Assembly: GCA_951406725.2 (NCBI GenBank)
Contig: OX597817.1
Location: 104,594,001-104,658,000, forward strand
Reading direction: 5' to 3'
Source of the DNA: Octopus vulgaris
Taxonomy: Eukaryota
DNA length: 64,000 nucleotides
The position numbers and the translations under genes are program-made. Position 1 is the first letter of the stretch, and each line of letters opens with the position of its first letter. This document shows, in pieces, positions 1-64,000 of the stretch. The notes beneath the pieces were generated by a model that was given only the letters and a program-made list of their open reading frames with translations, ran no database searches and had not been told where the DNA came from.

Positions 1-899
1 TCATAAGTTTAAATAATTAAGCTTTTATTATAAAAGCCATGAGTGTCCTTCCTCAATAATTGATCAATAAAGCTTGAGCAATTCATTGCTCATAAAACAT
101 ACAAAGTGTTTAGAAATAGCAAAACTATTTTAAATAGAAAATTATAAAAAAATAATTTTGCATATTTACAAAATGAAACAAAAATATTCAAGTAATATAG
201 AAAAAAGGCTTCTTTAATAAATTTCAATTTTTTTTTGTCAATTTGAAGCTAAGTATATAACTAAAAAAAAAAAAGAAAATCATGAATAAATGTGTGGAGA
301 TTTACCTATGTATGTGCTTTGATCATCATTAAATGTGCATGTTATACATCTAACATGTCAGCAGATGTATCATCTTGACAGCCATGTAAGATACATTGTT
401 TCACTGACTCCCTAATAAGCTGGAGTGAAAAAGAGAAAGGGAGATGGATGTGGTGGGGGACAGATTTGGCTGTAGCCCAAGAAATGAATGGATAAAACGC
501 AGCTGCTTAATATTTCAAGAATGACACTCATATGACTAATTTTATCAACAATTAACTGACTTGGAATATTTTTGCTCTGAAAATAAACCAGGATCATTTT
601 TTTCTTTTTTATTATTTCATGCAAAAGACTGAAAAGTTCTTCATTCGGTAAATGATTAAACAATATACTGATCAATATAATATAATATAAACCAATCAGA
701 GCAGGCACTATTGCATCTTTATTAAAACTCAGATTAAGAGTTCAAAATAACTCATTGTCATTTCAAATAATGTTCATGTCTTCATTGAAGTAATTTTGTG
801 GAGTAAGATGCAACATCTGGTCATATTTGTTTCCTATAAGGTATCCCAGAGGCTTTGAGAAAAGATAACCAAGTAAAGTGGAGGCACTCCCCAAAAAAT

Positions 900-2850
900 C
901 TGCCTTGTAAGTACAAATAGAAGTTTAGCAGAAAGATTGTGCAGAAACCAACAGAAGGAAACAAGAAACATTGTCAAACAATAACCAAGATTAAGAGACT
1001 TGAAATGTTTATATCATTTAATGATAATATGAATTTGGCTTCAGTAGAAGCTACTTGTCCAATATAGGCTACTGTATGCAACAGACTATCATCAAGCTAC
1101 TGTCAGTAATACCAAGAGAGGAAAAGTGAATAACAACCTCCAGATTAGTACTTTGGAATATTATATCAATATATATGAATGGGACAGGGAAAGAAGACCA
1201 TAAAGAAAGATAAGGAAAGATTGAATATATGCTATATGGTATTTGTGATATAAAAGGGACTGAAGCAGGCACTATAAATCCAGACAAACATTTGGTCATT
1301 TATTCAAAAATGAAAGAGGCAAAGATTTGAGGGAAGACACTAGAAAGATGGACAGATATATTAAAATCTCTATAATCATGGAGGAAATGAAAGTGTTTGG
1401 ATACAAAATAATTTTAAAAAGAATCATACTTCTTAGAAGACAGCTGAAATGCATAAAGAAGAAAAAAAAACTGAACATATATACAAATGCAGAATTAATC
1501 TATGAATTACATGACAGTGAGGAAAATGCAAGATCCTACTTTTGATTTTCTTGACAGTATCATGGAAGCCAGGTGACATTAAGTGTACACTTCTCAAAAC
1601 CATGCCTCTTTTGAGTCATGTAAGGAGAGTTTCACTAAGAATCAAGATGAAGGAAGCTACAAAATCATGAAAGGAATAGACAAAGTACATGACAGTTTCA
1701 TGAAATTTATATTCAGCTCCTTCTACATCAAATACATCAGCTACAATTCCTTATCACCATCAAATGATGACTAATTACACACACTTTGACAACAGAACTG
1801 CTGAAAATAGATTCTGATGATAATTTTCTAAAGTATTAATCTCATCTTTAGAGTACTTATTTACTTGGCTTATTTAGAAATAAAGTTTCTTGTTCAAATA
1901 CAGCTTGGGATGAATGTTCATATTCAAATATTAAAACATTAGCTGACACTCAAAAATCAAACTGATTGAAAAGAAGTGTAAATATAAATATACTTTCTAT
2001 AAATGAGATTAATAAATGAGAAAATTTTTATCCAACTAACAATAACTCATTTCAGTATTTAAGTAAATTGCAAGCAAATATCAGCATGTTTACAAGCATA
2101 CAATGAGAACATACTGATTAAGTTTTAACAAAGAAATCAGTTGTTTTCAGAGTGTCAAGAAAGGTGTACAACAAAGATGTATTGTGTGTCCTGATTCCCT
2201 TGTACAATGACTACACAAAGAGAATAGAATTCAAGTTTGAAAACTGAAGGACATAAAATCAACAATTTTCAATGATACCATTCTTATAGCTAAGAATGAA
2301 TTTGATCTGCACAGCCTGTTGATAGAGAAATGTGATAGTGTAACCATAGGAAAAAACGGACAATAATTGTGTCAACATCCTTCTATCAGCATGCTCATGG
2401 GAAGCAGATATCACATTCAGGCATTTTCAAAGATCCTCAAACCTCAACATCATTATAGTATTACATGGTAAATGAACAATGGAAATCAGAAATATTATTG
2501 CAATTAAAATTAGTATCATAGAAATAAAAACACTATCAAACCTACGTTTTTCAAACCTAGACAAGGCTGATCAGAATACAAATTTCAAAGTACGAGACCC
2601 CTCACCAATGAAACATGGGGAAATCATGATTTTCATCCAGAATAGGATCAACTTTGGTAGGTACAAAAAAAAAAAAAAAAAAAAGACATGAAAGAAAGAA
2701 ATGAAGAAGTGACTTAAAGAAAACATTATACAATACTTGTTAGGCAGATGTAAAAATAATTTGAACGTTACCTCATTGTTACAAAGAAATAGAAAAACAA
2801 AAAGGAAAGACATTGCAGAGGATACAAATCAGCCACTCATATACAATATC
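900..2850 (+). mobile_element. Highly degenerate RTE-like non-LTR retrotransposon
   Basis: Broken RT motifs: VKKGVQQRCIVCPD (~2153-2195, cf. GVRQGCxLSP), DTILIAKNEFDLHSLL (~2273), LERWTDI (~1340); many stops and frameshifts. Boundaries approximate. Confidence 0.55.
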
Positions 2851-4199
2851 ACTTTTCCAAGTATATTGATAAAAAAAAAAAAATTAAGAGGATGGCTGTC
2901 TGCTGCAAGATATTTGATATATTTTATCTTATAAATTAGTAGCTTATTTCTGTTGAAGTAAAACCATTGTTATATCATTTCCTATCCAACATGATATATC
3001 TGGCACTTCCTGCAGTTTGTGGAAACTTGGAAATTCTGCTTACATTATACCAAGCATAGGCAACCTTTTTCAAGAAGCGGGCTACATAAGACATGGCTCA
3101 TTGTCAAGTAGGCTGCACAACTAAAAAAATTCAAGGTAATTTTTCATTAGGTGTACCATTCAGAAAGTTCAGCAGGTTGCTTTACACCATCATCTACAAC
3201 CTGGCACTTTAAAAACCCCGACATCCTTGATATGTAAATACAGGTCTTATTTATATATATATATTTCATGTTCATTAAATGAATAGGGCACCATATCCAA
3301 ATGTTCTTACACCACAAAAATTACAATATCACTCAAATTGACACTCTAAAAGACTTTGAAATGAATGAAAAATATCAAATGATTCAGAAATTGAATTTTG
3401 TCTCAGAGATCAAAGTTTAACAAATCAACTGAAGGAGACTATCACCAAGAGCAAACAAGAATTCTCTCCAACCACAATATTTGTTTCTGAACTAATCGGC
3501 TGAATGTATTTGGGGAATAGCTGAATGCATTTCTTATTGCTTTCTTTCACAAATAAAAATAAAGCATTGCAATGGCTTGCATCAACTATAGCAGCAGATA
3601 CTCACACCTCATTGTGACCCAGCTGAGACCTATAGTGGTTAGTCTCTCATAAGAAAGCTGGAAATTTACCTTATTATCTAGAGAAGTAAATTTCTTTTGA
3701 TAAAACAAACTTCTGAAGAATATCTGTTGTCACCTTACTAATCCAGGGACAATACGTCTAATATCAATGATCTTGAATACAATCAGATTTGTCTAACAAG
3801 CTCTACCTGACAGTATTACTTCTGGACAAACTGATATAAATTCACAAATCGTCCCAATACATGCATACAAGTATATATGTATTTAAGTATGTGTGTATGC
3901 ATGTCCCAACCCTCACCCAATACTCTGAAGATTATGTAAGAGTTCAGTTGGTGTATAGTTTGAAGAGTTATGCAGTTTAAGCTTTGCAAGTCAGCTGAGA
4001 TGTGATACGCAGATTGTTTGTTGTAGTGAGAAGGAATAGCTGCCTTGATCTGGTTATGCAATAGTAGGTCTACTACTAGTGAAAAGCAGTATACATGTCC
4101 ATGTGGATGTGTGTGTAGGTATGAAATAAAGTCTAAATGTATATGTGTATTTGGCAATATTTATTTAAAGTTGAGTATATGTACATAAGAGCACAACTA

Positions 4200-6154
4200 G
4201 AATTAGTCACGGTTGTTTATGGTTTCAAGTTATTTAATTTCAAATAACAGTGTGAAAAATTTATGTTGATTTATCCAGTAGCATTAATGATTGTCAATGG
4301 TAAACAAATCTGATTGTTCAATTTCAATTGGTTTGAAGACACTGTTTTCTCTAGAGGCATAAGATGACAACTGATTCACCAGATGTTTCTTTCAAACAAA
4401 ATTAGGCAATATCAACTTACAGCTCCAGTGTAAGACCATTGTTGCAACTGGAAACTTGGTTCAGCAGGTGATTCAAATATAATTTACTTTTTTCACAGAT
4501 GTTAGCTATTACAAATGTCTTCAACAAAAATCCAATTTGACAGAAAATTGGTAAATCGTTGAAAACAGTTAATGAATATTTAAATTATGTGCAATCTCAT
4601 TGATATTATTTCAAACTGTATATTTTTGCAATCTAGAAAAATATATAATCATGATCCAGTGAAATGCTATATTCCCATTCTAGCATCTATTATTGTTGAC
4701 AGTATAGAAAATTATGATACAGACAGAAAATTGGGATACAGAAACTACAAATGAAGACAAAAAACAATATTAATGTAACTGAAACACTAATTATATATTT
4801 CGTAAGGGGCAATTTCAATGATAAACATGAAACATATAGTAAATAATGAGAAATAGAATTTTAATAGAAAACAACCTGAAACATATCCAAAATTTAACTG
4901 AGCAAGAATTACATTTAGAATTGGCTACCAATGAAAAAAGAGGGAGACTAAAAGCACAACCAGATGATGACAACTATATACAAAATGTTAGTAAAATTTA
5001 CATAGATATAGAAAAGAAATACTTCCATACATAAAGATAAACAAAAAAGCCCCCCCCCCACCTTAAATAAAGTATACAACTTCAGTACAACACCTTAAAG
5101 CAGGGTTAAGTCCAAGAAATAGTAGAAACAAAAAAAAAAAAAAAAGATCTTGTAGTTAACATGATTTTTTTTTTTGCAAAGTCAGTCTATATAAACATTT
5201 TAACAAGTTTTCTCAGAAAATTATATTTTTTTATTAATTCTTTTTCTTTTTTAAATATGAAATAAAAAAATAAATGTTAATTTTAAAAATAAGTTAATTT
5301 TACTTTGAGTAAAACAAACTGTAATGAAGTTAAAAATGGAACATGTAGCAGCAATAGAGAAAGAAAAAAATTAAAAGAGTAAAATGTGTTAAATATTAGA
5401 AGAAATTAAAAACTTTCCTCAGCAATAGTACAATGGAAACTTTAAATATCAAAAGCTTATTTTCATTGAGAGATAATTATTTAAGCAAATAGAAATTTGA
5501 AAAGGAAAATAAGTAGGGGAGGGAGAGGGGTAGCAGAGAATGACAGAAAAAAATGCTCAAAAGAGATGTGAATTGAAAAGTGATTTTGTAAAGCAATGAA
5601 ATATAATAATGAAATCATGAACCATATTAAAAGATATTTCAGGTGAAATATTTAGTTATTTTCTTTTTTAAACATCAAGAGATGTTTTAATATAAATTAT
5701 TGTAAGTTTAAATCATCCTTAAAGCATTTATATAGGTAATTTAGCAATGCATGGTTAGTAAAAGGAATAATCATAAATTGTGTTTTCTGTTTTAAAACAA
5801 GAAATAAATGTTTACAAAAAAAATATATGTATAAAGAAATTACTATTTAAATGATAAACTGATTGATCATAACTATATCTTATTTTAATGACCTTTATGA
5901 AAATTGAATGAAATCTATGATTTTTAAATCTGATTGCTTTAGCTGTTGTGAGAATTTAAAAAAAAAAACTGACTAAAACAGTAGATGCACAATAAACTTT
6001 GAATAGTTTGATGTTCAATTTCTTATTTGAAATATATTTTGATTATCATGTAGAATATAATTAAAATGAAATATGATTGAAAACAAAATATTCTTTAATC
6101 ATTAAGATCTAGTTATAGAGAAAAATATTCCTATATGTGTGTGTATGTATGTAT

Positions 6155-6185
<31 letters not shown>

Positions 6186-6462
6186 GGCAACAACAGAATT
6201 GGTCCAAATTCAATTGTAACATCTTGCAATGAAATTACTGAACACCCAATTCATATTAAATTACATTGCAGAAGGGAAAAATAAACTAAGTAAATGTTAG
6301 AAAAAAATAACTCACTGATATAAAGCAATATTACGAAGAAAAATACTAAATGATCATTAATATAATTATCACTCACTTCTGAAAATTATTTGACTTATTT
6401 GATATAACAGACAATTGCCAATAGCTGAGTGATAATTATATTGATGATTTTATATAAAAACA

Positions 6463-6503
<41 letters not shown>

Positions 6504-8497
6504 GAAAAGCTAAGATTAAGGAAAAAAAAAAGTAGTTTCCGCAAGATAAAATCTCAATATTTGGCCTTAAATATCCAGCATATTTAATTCACAATTGTTG
6601 GTTGTATGTAATTTAAAATAAAGTATGCTTTTGGTTAGAAATTGATAAAATAAAAGAGAAAACAGCTAGAATACAAATATTCAACGTGTTAGCATGATTC
6701 ATTGGATGAATATTTTTTTTTAACTAAACACTCTTTAATGTTTTGAAAGAGAGAAGAAAAAAATAATAACCAACTAAATTACAGTATTTTATCAGAAGCA
6801 CATTAACATTTACAATTAAAAAAATATTTCTTAAACTTGCATAGTTAACTAAGTTTGGAAACCCAGAAAGTTCATTTCAACATTGTTCAGTGTTCACTGT
6901 TTACTGTTATAAACACATTACTGATTCATTTTGAAATAAATTTAAATTTAAAAAAAAAAAAAGTCAGGCATCATGTGAAATATTTTTTCTCCCTTTTTTT
7001 TCACTGTTTATCATCTGTTTTCTAATAACAAAAAAAAAAAAAGGAATCAACTGTGCTACTCATCCTAATCAATAAAATAATATCAGTAAGGTATTGGTAT
7101 CAATTCAACAAACTATCTTCCTTATTCTTGGCCTTGTGTACAGTCAAATAAATAGATCAGATCATGGTATTAAATTTGCTTTAAAGAAAATATTTGGGTA
7201 ACCTTGATTACAAATATTGTTGTATTTAGGGAACACACACGTTTGTTGTAGCTTTGTTAAGTTTTATTATCAATTAATTAGATAATCAGTTACTTCATTA
7301 ATTGATTAATCAATTGACTAACTATCTAAATAATTGATAATAAAACTTGAAGTATGTTACAGTTAGTGTGTGTGTGTGTGTGTGTGTGTGGTATATTGGC
7401 ACTATGACCCTCTCAAAATACAACAATACCAATTTCAACAGATGATTTCATGTCAAGAATCCCACAAAACAAATACAAAAGTGATTATAAATAGCTTTCT
7501 GTATTCTTAATATGCTGTAAGAACTGTACATCACAGTATGATTTACGATGCCCAAAATAAGGGCTATTTTAAAATTATTCAATGCAGAATAATGTATCTA
7601 TAAATCAAATAAAAGAAATCAAGCCAAAAAAGCTGATTTAAATCATTTAAATTAAAAATAGGGAGCAGCATCAAATCAATATTCTCTACTGAAGAAAGAA
7701 GTGGCCTGTAGAATAGATTATGGTTTCTGGAACAACATTCTTTACACACTTTCTGAATTTAATAAAGAAATTAAAACAGAAATGCAAGCAAATAGACTGG
7801 CTAACAATATAATTTCGTGTTAAAAATGACAATATCATCATCAGCAGCAGCTTAGCATCCATTTTTTTCTCTTTTTTTTTTCACAAAAACATTGGAGTGC
7901 AATTTTTAACCAATATAAATACAAATTAAAATCTTTGATTCACATGTTCATGAATTTTAAAATAGATCTTTCAGTTCTTATAACGAAGTTGGTTTTAAAA
8001 ATTGGAGCATTCAAGCATAATCTAAGAATTTTTACATTATAAATAATAACAGCCAATAATAATTCATGTTGGTCTATTGAATCATTTGGAGATTATGAGA
8101 GCAGAATTTTTTTTCATTGTGTGTGATACAACTGTTATATTGTGCACACGGATATATATTACTAAACTAACCCTCAGATCTTTCTCTTGACAGAATTAAA
8201 CGTAACAGATCAGGCGTATCTGAAATGAATAAAAATTCATTTAAATTGGTTTAACTTAGATAACACAGCACCATGTATAAAAGCGCCATGACATTAATAG
8301 AGAAATGTAACTACAGACTAAAGATTTAAGGATAAAACCTCAAATCTGTAGTCACACTAGATGTCCTGTAGCATGGTGCTTGATATTAACAAGATGAGAA
8401 GGTTATACTCATTTCACAGAGCTTAAATATAAGCTTACTTTGTTTTTAACAATAAATGTAGTTGGAAAAGATGAGAATTTAAGATTATGTCATTTGG
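4200..8497 (-). other. Probable long RSK 3' UTR (end undetermined)
   Basis: Follows the stop; very AU-rich, lacks the SINE/LINE copies seen in introns; AATAAA candidates on minus strand near 7263, 5230 and 4160. Confidence 0.4.

Positions 8498-64000
<55,503 letters not shown>

Overview
Eukaryotic, AT-rich, repeat-dense genomic DNA, most likely an octopod cephalopod (inferred from the SINE families and the abundant (AT)n/(GT)n/(GAT)n tracts). One protein-coding gene dominates: a minus-strand p90 ribosomal S6 kinase (RSK, RPS6KA family). I traced 19 GT-AG coding exons from the window end (63944-64000) to the stop codon at 8498-8500. They splice in frame to 682 aa covering nearly all of the N-terminal kinase domain, the linker, the C-terminal kinase domain, the ERK-docking motif LAQRR and the PDZ ligand STAV; the 5' exons lie beyond the window. 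Introns hold RTE- and CR1/L2-like LINE relics, tRNA-derived SINEs, TTAA (piggyBac-type) MITEs, non-autonomous Helitrons, a Tc1/mariner relic, foldback elements and compound microsatellites. Most unusual: (i) a Penelope-like 3' end carrying a tRNA-like Pol III cassette followed by a minimal hammerhead ribozyme motif; (ii) a second hammerhead core inside a long inverted repeat; (iii) many dsRNA-forming inverted repeats near exons and in the likely 3' UTR; (iv) loss of one linker ERK phosphosite. All coordinates and alignments were read by eye.
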